Assembly: GCA_964525555.1 (NCBI GenBank)
Contig: CAZGHN010000007.1
Span: forward strand, 63,851-127,850
Direction: 5' to 3'
DNA: 64,000 bases
DNA from: an uncultured bacterium
Lineage (GTDB): Bacteria; Hydrothermota; UBA3072
In this document: positions 20,243 to 30,269 of the stretch, one piece after another
How the letters are laid out: every line of letters begins with the position of its first letter
How positions within the stretch are numbered: position 1 is the stretch's first letter
Made by a program: the position numbers and the translations under genes
Notes under the pieces: model-generated
The model's input: only the letters and a program-made list of their open reading frames with translations
Told to the model about the DNA's origin: nothing
The model's database searches: none

Positions 20243-20378
20243 TTGTTTAAAACCCATCCCGCAACCCACGAAATAGCCACGGATTAACACGGATCTTCTT
20301 GTTTGTTTTAACTACTCTCTACTCCCTTCTCTCTACATTCAACCAATCCACTAATTTACTAATCACTAATCAACTGGG
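20243..20378. repeat. Intergenic repeat element, copy A (~135 bp; core CAACCCACGAAATAGCCACGGATTAACACGGATCTTCTTGTTTGTTTTAACTACTCTC)
   Basis: Near-identical to 52991-53120 (58-bp core with one mismatch; flanks ~80% identical); followed by the ACTAATTTACTAAT word that also occurs at 49702. Confidence 0.8.
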
Positions 20379-20414
20379 TCTTGACATTAGTCTGTTTTCC
20401 GCTACCATAAATAT

Positions 20415-21386
20415 ATGAAAAAAATAGGGATTGTAACGCCCGGTGGTGACGCTCCCGGGATGAATACGGCAATCGGAACTATCTTGCGTCTTTGCAGAAA
20501 CGAAAAACTCAAATTAGTGGGTATCAACGACGGATACAGTGGACTTATAAAGAAAGATTATTTCAATTTTTCCAACACCCGTTCCGATACAATTATGGGG
20601 GGAAGCGGCACGATTCTTCATTCCGCGAGAATGCCTTCATTCAAAGAAGAAAGTGTCGTAAAAGAAGCCTCAGAGAATCTTTTAAAAGAAAAAATAGAAG
20701 GGCTTATAGTCATTGGAGGAGACGGATCTTTCAAAGGTGCAATGTCTCTGGTTAAACATTCAGGAATACCAGTTGTAGGCATTCCCGCATCGATAGATAA
20801 CGACATCTTCGGAACAGACGAAACAATTGGATTCGACACGGCCTGCAATACCGCTCTTGAAGCAATTAATAAAATAAAAGACACGGCTATATCATTTGAA
20901 CGAATAATCGTCATCGAAGTAATGGGAAAAAAAAGAGGCTTTCTTGCTCTGGAGGTTGGTATAGCGACGGGTGCTGACGGAATTCTAATTCCCGAGGTAG
21001 AATCTCCTATTACGGAAATGGTTGAAGGTCTCAAAAAAGAAAGAAAAAAAGGACAAAACGACGCGATAATAGTAATAGCAGAAGGCATTCCAGAAAGAGA
21101 TGAAATAACTTCCATTATAGAAGAAAAGACCAAATGCTCTACAAGGAAGTCGACTCTAGGCTATATACAAAGAGGCGGCTCACCTACAAAAAGAAGCAGG
21201 ATACTGGCAATAGAATTTGCGCATAAAGCTTATGAGTTAATAAAAACTTTACCCTCAAGACCGACAATGGTCGGACTGGATGGCGAAAAAATTATTACAA
21301 TGGACCTTGAGCACTCTGTTTCAGGATATAAAGAAATAGACTTTGAACGATACGAACTCCATAGACTTCTATCGAATATTTATTGA
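20415..21386 (+). CDS. pfkA: ATP-dependent 6-phosphofructokinase
   Basis: GIVTPGGDAPGMNTAI; GGDGS; ~323 aa. Confidence 0.88.
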   Translation: MKKIGIVTPGGDAPGMNTAIGTILRLCRNEKLKLVGINDGYSGLIKKDYFNFSNTRSDTIMGGSGTILHSARMPSFKEESVVKEASENLLKEKIEGLIVIGGDGSFKGAMSLVKHSGIPVVGIPASIDNDIFGTDETIGFDTACNTALEAINKIKDTAISFERIIVIEVMGKKRGFLALEVGIATGADGILIPEVESPITEMVEGLKKERKKGQNDAIIVIAEGIPERDEITSIIEEKTKCSTRKSTLGYIQRGGSPTKRSRILAIEFAHKAYELIKTLPSRPTMVGLDGEKIITMDLEHSVSGYKEIDFERYELHRLLSNIY

Positions 21387-21470
21387 GGGAAGAATTTAGT
21401 CCAACGTCCTAAGTCCAAAGTCAAAAAACGAAAAGATTCTACTAATACATGTATCTGCTAATAAATCAAT

Positions 21471-23045
21471 CTACTGCTCCGAAAGGAATAAACTATCAAT
21501 TTTAAGTTCTACCTCTCTGGCTTTCCTTTCGATTCCCATCACTCTATAATCCCGCATAAGTATCTCGTATAATTTTCTCTCTTTAGGGTTTAGTTCGATT
21601 GCTTTCAAAAGAAATTCATCCGGTTTATCATAAGCCACAACTTTTTTATGTCTCTTTAGAAACTGGTCTATCTTAAAAGGAGTCTCCCAATCAATAGGAT
21701 TACTATACATAGCTCTTCGGTACAGGTCGAAAGCAATAAATAGAAAATCAACCACATTAGTTTCATAGAACATTTGCTCGTTTACCCTTGCAAGAGATAT
21801 TGTGCATTGATATTGCGGCCATAATGACTCCGCCAAAGAAAAAGAGTCCAACGACTTCATATATTTTTTATCCTTGAATTCCGATTCTCCCCTCTTAATA
21901 AAAAAATATGAAGCTAAAGGGAATAGATAAATCAGAGATAATAAAGCAACAAACAACTTAACCGGCAAGGAAAGATTAGCTTTATACCCTTCCTCTGAAC
22001 TTTCTGCCGTAAAAAGAATAACAATAAAAATAAGGAAATTTACCGGCAAATACAAAATATTATCGAAAAGTGAATGAATAAAGATAATCGTTATTAAAAT
22101 CCGCTGGATTTCCCCAAACTTTTTAAAGTTTATAAAAAATACAAAAAATAAATACGCATAAGATAGAAATAAAATCATGCCTCCTTCTGCAAAGTACTGC
22201 AAAAATTGATTGTGCGCAATTTTTGCCTTCTTTGAATATTTGCCCTCAACCGGGAAATTATATTTAAGAGAAGCCTTCTCGAAGCTCCTCAAACCCCAGC
22301 CTACAATCGGTCTATTAAGACCTGTCCTTATAGCCTGCTTCCAAATATTAGGACGCTGGAGAGAATACGTTTGGACTTTTACTATTACTCTTTTCTTAAT
22401 GGGATTTGGAATTAAAAGGACAAGACCAATTAATATTGGGGCAAAGAACGCAAAGACTTTCCGCTTAACAAATAATACAGGCAAAACAAGAATCAAAATC
22501 AATACGATTCTTGAGGCTGTAAGAATAGAAAAAACAAAAAATAAAGCCATCAAGGAATATTTCATTATTTTGTTTCCCAATCTAAGACTATACAGAAAAC
22601 CAAAAACAAGAGGGAATACAAAAAAATTAGCATATCCGTAAGTTCCGCTAACTCTTGGAGAATTTAATTGAAAAAAACACACAATAAGCTCAATTAAACA
22701 AAATACAAAAATGCTTAACAGCAGCTTTTCTTTATCAGGTTTAATTAAGAGTAAAGATACAAAAAAAATAAGATAAGCAAAATATTCCAAAAACCCTCCC
22801 ATAGAAGATAAAAAAGCAGGAGCAAATAGTGTTACAATAAATGAGGTACAAGTAAAAATAACTATAGGAAAAAGAAATTTGTTTTTCTCAATACTTTTAT
22901 CTTTATCTAAGAACAGGAAAACAGATAAAAGTAAAACCATATACAGCCCCATCAAATAGATAGCCAACTGCGATAAACCACCGTGGTAAAAACCAATAAT
23001 AAAAACAGGAAGAGAACAAATGATAATTTTAATCCATTCTTTCAT
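21471..23045 (-). CDS. O-antigen ligase/polymerase-like polytopic membrane protein with C-terminal soluble helical-repeat domain
   Basis: ~12 TM, large periplasmic-loop topology reminiscent of the Wzy_C/WaaL family; C-terminal ~150 aa soluble. Confidence 0.4.
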   Translation of the reverse strand: MKEWIKIIICSLPVFIIGFYHGGLSQLAIYLMGLYMVLLLSVFLFLDKDKSIEKNKFLFPIVIFTCTSFIVTLFAPAFLSSMGGFLEYFAYLIFFVSLLLIKPDKEKLLLSIFVFCLIELIVCFFQLNSPRVSGTYGYANFFVFPLVFGFLYSLRLGNKIMKYSLMALFFVFSILTASRIVLILILVLPVLFVKRKVFAFFAPILIGLVLLIPNPIKKRVIVKVQTYSLQRPNIWKQAIRTGLNRPIVGWGLRSFEKASLKYNFPVEGKYSKKAKIAHNQFLQYFAEGGMILFLSYAYLFFVFFINFKKFGEIQRILITIIFIHSLFDNILYLPVNFLIFIVILFTAESSEEGYKANLSLPVKLFVALLSLIYLFPLASYFFIKRGESEFKDKKYMKSLDSFSLAESLWPQYQCTISLARVNEQMFYETNVVDFLFIAFDLYRRAMYSNPIDWETPFKIDQFLKRHKKVVAYDKPDEFLLKAIELNPKERKLYEILMRDYRVMGIERKAREVELKIDSLFLSEQ

Positions 23046-24133
23046 AAGTCAGCAACTAATTTTATAACCTTATCGGCAATCTTTTCTTCCGAGAAATCTT
23101 TTTTTAATCTTTCATACCCGCCTAATGCAATTTTTCTACGTAAATCAGAATTATTATATAATTCAATAATTCCTTCCGAAATCTCCCTCTCGTTACCCGA
23201 TTTCACAATATACAATTCTTTCTTATTAGTAAAACTTCTGCAGACAGCTTCCGAACCTTCTGTAATGACAGGTTTACCATAAGACAAAGCCTCATAAACT
23301 TTATTACCGATAGACATTCCCGCTCTGGGAGTTTTACCAAAAAATCCAAGTACAACATGCGCTTTAATGATTTCTTTTTTTAACATATCATTCGATATAT
23401 AACCGGTAAAAGTAACATTAGAAACTTTCAATTTCTTACATAAATTTATTAATTCTTCTCTGCAAAACCCTGTTCCAATTAAGCGGAAAGATACTTTACC
23501 TTTAAAATCCTCAATTAATTTAGCTGCCCGTATAATATATTCTACACCATGCTGCGGATGAAAATTTCCCCAATAGATAACTCTAAATTCGCTTTTATTC
23601 TTCTCAAACAGATTAAAATTAAATTCCTCTAATACAGCTCCTACAGGTAATACTGAAACCCTATTTGGCCTCAAAGAAAAAATCTTACAAAAATGCTGTC
23701 TGAATGATTCGGTAGGCGCAAGAATTAGATCCGGCAGTTTAAAAGCCAATTTTTCATATAGAAAAAAAAGGGTGCCTTTAAAAGAAAACTTATCTACTTG
23801 TTTCTTTTCGGTAATTCTGGTAGAATAGATCGATATCACAGGGTCAAATATCAACCTTTTTTCAAATATCTTTGATAAAAGAAATGCCGCAAATACACTC
23901 TCTCTATAACCCCACACGTACATATGAGTAAAATTCTTATCAAGACGTAGGAACTTCTTAATTAACAATATATTTGCAAATATGAAATTCCCAAAATAAG
24001 AACCAAAGTTTTTATTTATCTGACATTCCAAAAAATCAATCCCTTTGGCTTTAAAGCCTTCTCTAATAACACTATATCTATTGTAAAAAGGTATATAATT
24101 ACCAAAAAAACAAATTTTTACTTTCTTAACCAT
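23042..24133 (-). CDS. Glycosyltransferase family 1 (GT4-type)
   Basis: C-terminal GT-B donor-binding region (YEALSYGKPVITEGSEA...). Confidence 0.6.
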   Translation of the reverse strand: MVKKVKICFFGNYIPFYNRYSVIREGFKAKGIDFLECQINKNFGSYFGNFIFANILLIKKFLRLDKNFTHMYVWGYRESVFAAFLLSKIFEKRLIFDPVISIYSTRITEKKQVDKFSFKGTLFFLYEKLAFKLPDLILAPTESFRQHFCKIFSLRPNRVSVLPVGAVLEEFNFNLFEKNKSEFRVIYWGNFHPQHGVEYIIRAAKLIEDFKGKVSFRLIGTGFCREELINLCKKLKVSNVTFTGYISNDMLKKEIIKAHVVLGFFGKTPRAGMSIGNKVYEALSYGKPVITEGSEAVCRSFTNKKELYIVKSGNEREISEGIIELYNNSDLRRKIALGGYERLKKDFSEEKIADKVIKLVADL

Positions 24134-24177
24134 CTTTCAAATAAAATATTACATGAATGTAAATATTTTGCTCCTTA

Positions 24178-25140
24178 TTAAAAAGTATTATTTTTCTTGT
24201 TTAACCCCAGAATTTTAAGCTTAAGCTGTTTTAAGAATACATATAAATGTAGAAATTTCAAAACATTTTTGATCTTTGCCCTAATCTTTCTTCCGTAAGG
24301 AAGCGAGTAAAAACGCCTGAATTCTCTTATTATTTTTCCATCTAAATCAAATTCATTGGGAAAATTCAAGTTCGTAGTATAATTTTGAAGTAATTTAACA
24401 TCATACTTTGTTTTAGGTTTACAATGCACACCAGACCCATCAAATCCAATATTATTAATTTTTGAATTTACGGGATAAACACAAACACCATCGCGTTTTA
24501 TTACGTTTAAAGACCAGAACACAGCCCATGAATCAACTTCTCCTTTAATTTGTTTTTTCAATAAAGGAATCAAAACATCACCAGCTCTGATAACTCTTTT
24601 ACAAAAATCTGGAGATTTTTCAATCTCCTGTAACAAAAATTCATTCTTTTCAAAGAAATTCCAGGCTTTCCGCCAGGTACCCCAACCCCAGGAACTCGGA
24701 CGATAAGAAAAATAAACATCATATTTATAATCCGCAGGAATCTTTATTGGGGGGCTATACCCGCTTATACTCATTATTCTATCTTTATCTGAATATTTAT
24801 CGAAACAGGTTTGCATAAAAGAAACAAAATCGTAGGAAGGAACGCAATCGTCTTCAAGGATTATTGCTTGTTCATGTTTACTTAGAATGTAATTCACTCC
24901 ATCAACGATAGAATTAGAAAGGCCCTTATTATGGAAGCTTACATGAATTTCTGTATCACACCATTTGATTTCTTTAATAAGATTTCTAACTTCTTTGACA
25001 TTATCGACATCCTTTTCGTTTTTAGAACCATCGGAAAAGATATATAAATTAGATATATTATTTGCCTTAAGACCTTCCAGAACTTCTCTGGTATGATTTG
25101 GCCTGTTATAAACAAATAATGCAATTCCTGTACTATTCAT
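24178..25140 (-). CDS. GT-A-fold glycosyltransferase (DxD = EDD)
   Basis: N-terminus ALFVYNRPNHTREVLEGL, then ILEDDCVPS (DxD). Confidence 0.4.
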   Translation of the reverse strand: MNSTGIALFVYNRPNHTREVLEGLKANNISNLYIFSDGSKNEKDVDNVKEVRNLIKEIKWCDTEIHVSFHNKGLSNSIVDGVNYILSKHEQAIILEDDCVPSYDFVSFMQTCFDKYSDKDRIMSISGYSPPIKIPADYKYDVYFSYRPSSWGWGTWRKAWNFFEKNEFLLQEIEKSPDFCKRVIRAGDVLIPLLKKQIKGEVDSWAVFWSLNVIKRDGVCVYPVNSKINNIGFDGSGVHCKPKTKYDVKLLQNYTTNLNFPNEFDLDGKIIREFRRFYSLPYGRKIRAKIKNVLKFLHLYVFLKQLKLKILGLNKKNNTF

Positions 25141-25163
25141 AATTTACCTTCATCTTTTAACTT

Positions 25164-26090
25164 TTAACTTAACAAATAACTTAGATTTTTTGCCAATAAA
25201 GATACCTGGCGTAAAACCCGTTCAAAAACAAAATTTTCATAATAACTATACTTCTCTTTATTTCGAAAAAAGAATCCAAAAAACACCATGAAAATTCCTT
25301 TTAAAAAGATCTTGTTTATATTAGTAAATATTCTATATTTAGGCAATCTTTTTTCGCCAAAAACATCTCTGGCTCGCATTCCAGCAATAAACTTATCTTT
25401 CAATTTTAAGTATACGACCATGTTTTCTTTTTTAACCAAGTGTTCGACTTTTATTTCCGGATTATAATATATTTTAACATTACTGATTTTTTCACGTGCT
25501 TCTATCATTAATCTTGTTTCTTCCCCGTACCTTAATTTATCACCTATCATGCCCAAATCAGGGTTAAACATTCCCAATTTCTTTAAAATTTCTTTCTTAA
25601 TTATAAAATTAGAACCGGAAAGGTATTCTCCTTCAAGCAAAAATCTTGCTTTCTCACCGTTACTGCGGATTTCATACTCATCTTTAAACCACAAAGGCTT
25701 TTTATATAAATAATATGGATATATAGGTCCACCCAAAATATCCGGTTTTATCTCATCTATGGCTCTGATTATATTTTCCACCCAATCCTTAAATGCCTTA
25801 GCATCATCATCTATATAAGCGAGATATTGTGCATTCGCTTTCTCACAACCAGCGTTCCTTGCATAACTAAGTCCCTGTTTTTTCTCAAAAACATAAACCA
25901 AGCGACGCTTTGGGTTTTCTCTTTCAAAATGATCCACCACTAATTTTGCTTGTCCAGAAAAGTTATTATCAACTATAATCACTTCATAAGAATCTCTGAC
26001 TGCTGTCTGATCGAATAAACTTGCTAAACATCCTTCCAATAACTTTGGTCTGTTATAAGTAGTCACTATTACAGATAACTTTACCTTCAA
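25164..26090 (-). CDS. Glycosyltransferase family 2
   Basis: LSVIVTTYNRPKLLEGCLASLFDQT; DDD motif. Confidence 0.7.
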   Translation of the reverse strand: MKVKLSVIVTTYNRPKLLEGCLASLFDQTAVRDSYEVIIVDNNFSGQAKLVVDHFERENPKRRLVYVFEKKQGLSYARNAGCEKANAQYLAYIDDDAKAFKDWVENIIRAIDEIKPDILGGPIYPYYLYKKPLWFKDEYEIRSNGEKARFLLEGEYLSGSNFIIKKEILKKLGMFNPDLGMIGDKLRYGEETRLMIEAREKISNVKIYYNPEIKVEHLVKKENMVVYLKLKDKFIAGMRARDVFGEKRLPKYRIFTNINKIFLKGIFMVFFGFFFRNKEKYSYYENFVFERVLRQVSLLAKNLSYLLS

Positions 26091-26093
26091 TTT

Positions 26094-27677
26094 TTACATC
26101 CTTTTTTTCACAACGCGTTTACCGCTTAATACTTCCAGGATACTTAATAAGAAAAACCGGGCTTTTTTAAACATTCTTAATTTTAAACAAAAAAAGACTG
26201 CTATAATAAGTTCTTTAATCATATTTCTTTTTGTCAGATTAACGAAACCCAAACTTAATCTTCTCTTATAAGCCTTATATTTTGCAAGAATAAAGGAAAT
26301 TTCACCTGTAGGACGTGTAGAAGGATTATGACCTTGAGAATCGGGCAAAACTCTATGCATATAAAGAACTTTATCTAAGAATAAAAATCTAGTAACCTCT
26401 TCCATTTTAAATATAATATCTTTGTCTTCAGCATAAAGAACATCTTCATCAAATCCTTCAGTTTTAAAATAATCTTTTTTCTTAAAGGTCCTGAAAGCGC
26501 TGACACAATTACATCGAAGATTTGTATCACCCGTTGGTATAGGCTTACAATATCCTAATCTTATAGGATTTAAATTTGAATCACAATACATAAATTGCGA
26601 GTATATAAAACCAATATCAGGATTGTCAAGATGTGCATCGTAGATATTTTGTAAAGCATTCTTCGTCAAAATATCATCGCTGTCCAATATCCCAAAAATA
26701 TCTGCTCTTGACTCGTACACCATTTCATTTAGAACATGTATATAACCTTTATTAAACTTATGTTTAAGCAACCTTATTCTTTTGTCTTTCAGAAACGGCT
26801 GTATTTTTTTTACAGAATCGTCCGTCGATGCATCATCAACAATTATCAATTCCCAATTTTTAAAAGTTTGATTTAAAACCGATCTAATTGCCTCCCCTAC
26901 GTATTCCGCATTATTATAATTAGCCATTAATACAGAAAAATCTGGGACTGATAAATTATCTGAAATATCCCGTTTTTCTTTTCTTCTCTTTGCTTTTATC
27001 TTAGCGACTTCCCCATAATGTATCTGCTCGTTATAATTTTTAAATGAAATATTTCCTTTATGCCGCCTCCAAAAATAAAGATATTCAGGCAAATTTGCCA
27101 ACTTATATTTTTCTGAAAGTCTTAACCACAAATCATAGTCTTGGGTTTTAGGAATAGATTCATCATAAAAACCCCTTTCATAAAGACAATTCATCCTAAT
27201 CATTGCGGAACCATGCGCAATACAGTTACTTATATTAAGATAATTTCTAATCTCTTTGTTCGTAATTGGTTTTTCTATTGCATATAATTCCTCCCCACTC
27301 TCGCCAACGACTTTTATAAACGAACCAACAGCGGCATAATCACGATTTATTTCAAGAAAATTTAATTCTTTTTCTAAGCGATCCAAAGCAGAGAAATCAT
27401 CAGCATCCTGTCTTGCGACATACTCTCCTTTTGCAATTTTTAGACCTATGTTTAAAGAACGGGTCAATCCAATATTTTTTTCATTATTCACAATTTTCAT
27501 CCTGGCATCCTTATAACTTTTAAGAATCTCAAGCGTTCCATCGGTAGATGCATCATTTATGAACAAAAACTCGAAATCCTCAAAAGTCTGATTCAAAATA
27601 CTATCAACGGCTTTACGAAGATAAGGTTCTCCGTTATAAACTGACATCAAGACGGTGACTTTTGGTTTGCTCTTCAT
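26094..27677 (-). CDS. Tandem two-domain family 2 glycosyltransferase
   Basis: Two GT2 modules: VLMSVYNGEPYLRKAVDSILNQTF...INDASTDGT and VLMANYNNAEYVGEAIRSVLNQTF...IVDDASTDDS. Confidence 0.7.
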   Translation of the reverse strand: MKSKPKVTVLMSVYNGEPYLRKAVDSILNQTFEDFEFLFINDASTDGTLEILKSYKDARMKIVNNEKNIGLTRSLNIGLKIAKGEYVARQDADDFSALDRLEKELNFLEINRDYAAVGSFIKVVGESGEELYAIEKPITNKEIRNYLNISNCIAHGSAMIRMNCLYERGFYDESIPKTQDYDLWLRLSEKYKLANLPEYLYFWRRHKGNISFKNYNEQIHYGEVAKIKAKRRKEKRDISDNLSVPDFSVLMANYNNAEYVGEAIRSVLNQTFKNWELIIVDDASTDDSVKKIQPFLKDKRIRLLKHKFNKGYIHVLNEMVYESRADIFGILDSDDILTKNALQNIYDAHLDNPDIGFIYSQFMYCDSNLNPIRLGYCKPIPTGDTNLRCNCVSAFRTFKKKDYFKTEGFDEDVLYAEDKDIIFKMEEVTRFLFLDKVLYMHRVLPDSQGHNPSTRPTGEISFILAKYKAYKRRLSLGFVNLTKRNMIKELIIAVFFCLKLRMFKKARFFLLSILEVLSGKRVVKKRM

Positions 27678-27969
27678 AACTTATTTTTTCAATAACCTAG
27701 TATAGTGAAAATTTTGCTCTATGAATTTTAATCGTAAATCCGGAAACAATTGGAATCTATTATATGTTAAAACAATTAGCGAAGATTTTGTTTTCATTTG
27801 TTATTAAATAGTAATTTATTGTTTGTTCTCTTTCAGTCAAGTATAAAATAGACTCTCTGTCCTAAAGTCACTCAAATTATAATTAGAAAGAAACCCATAC
27901 ATTAAATTTTTCAGAAAAATTAATTAAAAGTATTGACTGAAAGCCTTTATATTGTATATATAGATAAAA

Positions 27970-28863
27970 ATGAATAAAACAATAAACAAAACAATGGAAA
28001 GATCCGATCTGCTAACTAATGAAGCAAAATCTTTTATACATGCAATTAACAACTTGATTGAAACACTTTATTCCAAAAATCTCTATATGACATCCTGGTA
28101 TGGCACCCTTCCAAAAAAGAAAGAGTTCAGTCTTAACAGAACCGGTTTAAAAAACCTTATTAAAATAATTATGCGAAAAAAAGAAAATAAAAAAATAGTC
28201 GGCTTGGACAATAGAGGACCAGATTATATACCTCTTAGCAACTCTGCCGATGACGCAAGAATTCCATGGTACCTTTACTGGGAAATTTTTTGGGTCTTAA
28301 ATAACGGCCCTAAAATAAAAAAGGATATGCGAGTCTTGGACGCAGGAGGAACGTCTTCTTTATTTACATGCTTTTTAGCCTCTCTCGGAATTGAAGTTCA
28401 TTCTATCGATATAAATGAAAAACTAGTTTTGATTGGCAATAAAATTGCAAAAAAAATGCGATGGAATATGTCTTCTTATCCGATGAATATGGAAAATCTG
28501 GATTTTGAAAATGAATATTTCGATAACGCTTATTCAATATGTGTCTTTGAACACCTAAAATATGAGACAAAACAATCCGCGCTATCGGAGATAAACAGAT
28601 GCCTTAAGCCGAATGGTATACTTTCCATAACTTTTGACTACCGTAATCCGGCACCATCCATTGCCGGTTTTGGGCCGGATACAAGTAAAGAAAATCAACT
28701 CAAAACAAAAGAAGATATAAAAAGAAATTTTCTCTCAAGTGAATGTTTCGAATTAGTAGGCAATCAGGATTTTTACGATAACGGGAAATCGTATCTTGTA
28801 CATCCTCAATTTAACAACGCTCCATATACTTTTGGTGCAATTTTTTTAAGAAAAAAAGGGTAA
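27970..28863 (+). CDS. Class I SAM-dependent methyltransferase
   Basis: Motif I VLDAGGTSS; post-I acidic; LKPNGILSITF; the only plus-strand gene in the locus. Confidence 0.6.
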   Translation: MNKTINKTMERSDLLTNEAKSFIHAINNLIETLYSKNLYMTSWYGTLPKKKEFSLNRTGLKNLIKIIMRKKENKKIVGLDNRGPDYIPLSNSADDARIPWYLYWEIFWVLNNGPKIKKDMRVLDAGGTSSLFTCFLASLGIEVHSIDINEKLVLIGNKIAKKMRWNMSSYPMNMENLDFENEYFDNAYSICVFEHLKYETKQSALSEINRCLKPNGILSITFDYRNPAPSIAGFGPDTSKENQLKTKEDIKRNFLSSECFELVGNQDFYDNGKSYLVHPQFNNAPYTFGAIFLRKKG

Positions 28864-28910
28864 CCCAATCAAAAAAACAATTAATAATTTTATAAACACT
28901 TATAAAATAG

Positions 28911-30269
28911 CTATTTTTTCTTAATTGTTCTTTTAACGAAAGAAGGTGTAATATTTGAAAGATATCTATATAAACCTTTCTTAATTTTCTTTCTATTAAG
29001 AATACGCAACAATTTACAATCCAAATCGGTTCTCTTATTAAAATCATAATCTACAAACATTTTGCTGTCCATATTGTAGAAGAATTTTGTCTTCACATCA
29101 AAGCCCGGAAGATAAACCAGACCCAGATCGTCAATATATTCATAAAGTTTGTTTTTCAAAATGTAATTATATAGGGGACTATCGGGAATGCCGACAAAAA
29201 TGTTAAAACTGTACGAAAAGGGCTTTAATTTATTCATCAATTTCACTGTAAGCAAATAATCCTTATAAGTCTCTCCGGGAACACCTACAATTAAGCTGCA
29301 ATATGTTCTTATTTTATGCTTTTTGCATAGATTAATAGCTTTTTCGATTTGCTCTACATTAATTCCTTTATTTAAGTTATCTAATGTTTTTTGACTTCCG
29401 CTTTCGATTCCTAAATATACCGCTTTACATCCTGAATCTGCCATCAACTTAACCATCTCTTCATCATTTAAACTATCGACTCTTGTTTCGCAAGCCCAAT
29501 TTATCTTCATGTTTTCTTTAAGAACCCTTTCGCAAAAATCTATGGTTCTCTGACGACTCAAAGTAAAATTATCTTCTCTAAAATAAACTGCCTTTGCACC
29601 AAAATTTTTTACGAGGTAATTAATCTCATTTAAAATTCTCTCAACACTAAAACATGTGTAACCCTTACCCCAAAGGGACCCTACGGAACAGAATGAACAG
29701 TTAAAGGGACAACCCCGGCTGGTATTCATTGTAAATACCGGTTCCACATCCAGCCATTGGCAATTATAATCATAAGGCAACTTCGAGAAAATATCCCACG
29801 GCTGAAAAGGCAGTATATCCAAATCTTCTATTCTTTCTCTCCTTATAACCCTCTCCTTATTTTGATTTTCCATTATATCTATAATCGCTCTTTCTCCCTC
29901 ACCCTGAACCACATAATCGACAGAATCAGGTATGCTATCGAGCGCAATCGAAGTATGAGGCCCACCGACAATTATTTTCCCACTCCATTCCTTTTTAGCT
30001 CGGAGGTTCTCAATTTCTCGAAACATTCTCAAAGTATCTCTATAGCATATAGTATTTGCATAAATCCCTACAAAATCAATTTTATTCTTTTGCAGGTAAC
30101 CTTCTTCGATAAAATTTGAAGGATTTAAATAATTATCTATAAAAAATATTTTATGTCCCTTACTACGAAGTAAAGATATAAGAAAACCTAATCCTAAAGG
30201 AGGTCTTTTTTCCTTTGTAGAAAATGGGCTTTTTTCAGGGGCTGCGGATGTAGTTAATAATATATTCAC
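28911..30269 (-). CDS. B12-binding radical SAM protein (cobalamin-dependent rSAM, probable C-methyltransferase class B)
   Basis: N-terminal B12-binding-like domain; CxxxCxxC = SRGCPFNCSFCSV; 452 aa. Confidence 0.65.
   Translation of the reverse strand: MNILLTTSAAPEKSPFSTKEKRPPLGLGFLISLLRSKGHKIFFIDNYLNPSNFIEEGYLQKNKIDFVGIYANTICYRDTLRMFREIENLRAKKEWSGKIIVGGPHTSIALDSIPDSVDYVVQGEGERAIIDIMENQNKERVIRRERIEDLDILPFQPWDIFSKLPYDYNCQWLDVEPVFTMNTSRGCPFNCSFCSVGSLWGKGYTCFSVERILNEINYLVKNFGAKAVYFREDNFTLSRQRTIDFCERVLKENMKINWACETRVDSLNDEEMVKLMADSGCKAVYLGIESGSQKTLDNLNKGINVEQIEKAINLCKKHKIRTYCSLIVGVPGETYKDYLLTVKLMNKLKPFSYSFNIFVGIPDSPLYNYILKNKLYEYIDDLGLVYLPGFDVKTKFFYNMDSKMFVDYDFNKRTDLDCKLLRILNRKKIKKGLYRYLSNITPSFVKRTIKKK

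Noticed and set aside
20492-21133. Alternative-frame ORFs (87 aa plus, 171 aa minus) within pfkA
   Set aside because: Overlap a confidently identified pfkA in other frames; Arg/Ser-rich frame-shadow translations.
28811-29047. 78-aa minus-strand ORF overlapping the 3' ends of two genes
   Set aside because: Overlaps both the MTase stop region and the rSAM gene; no RBS or motif.
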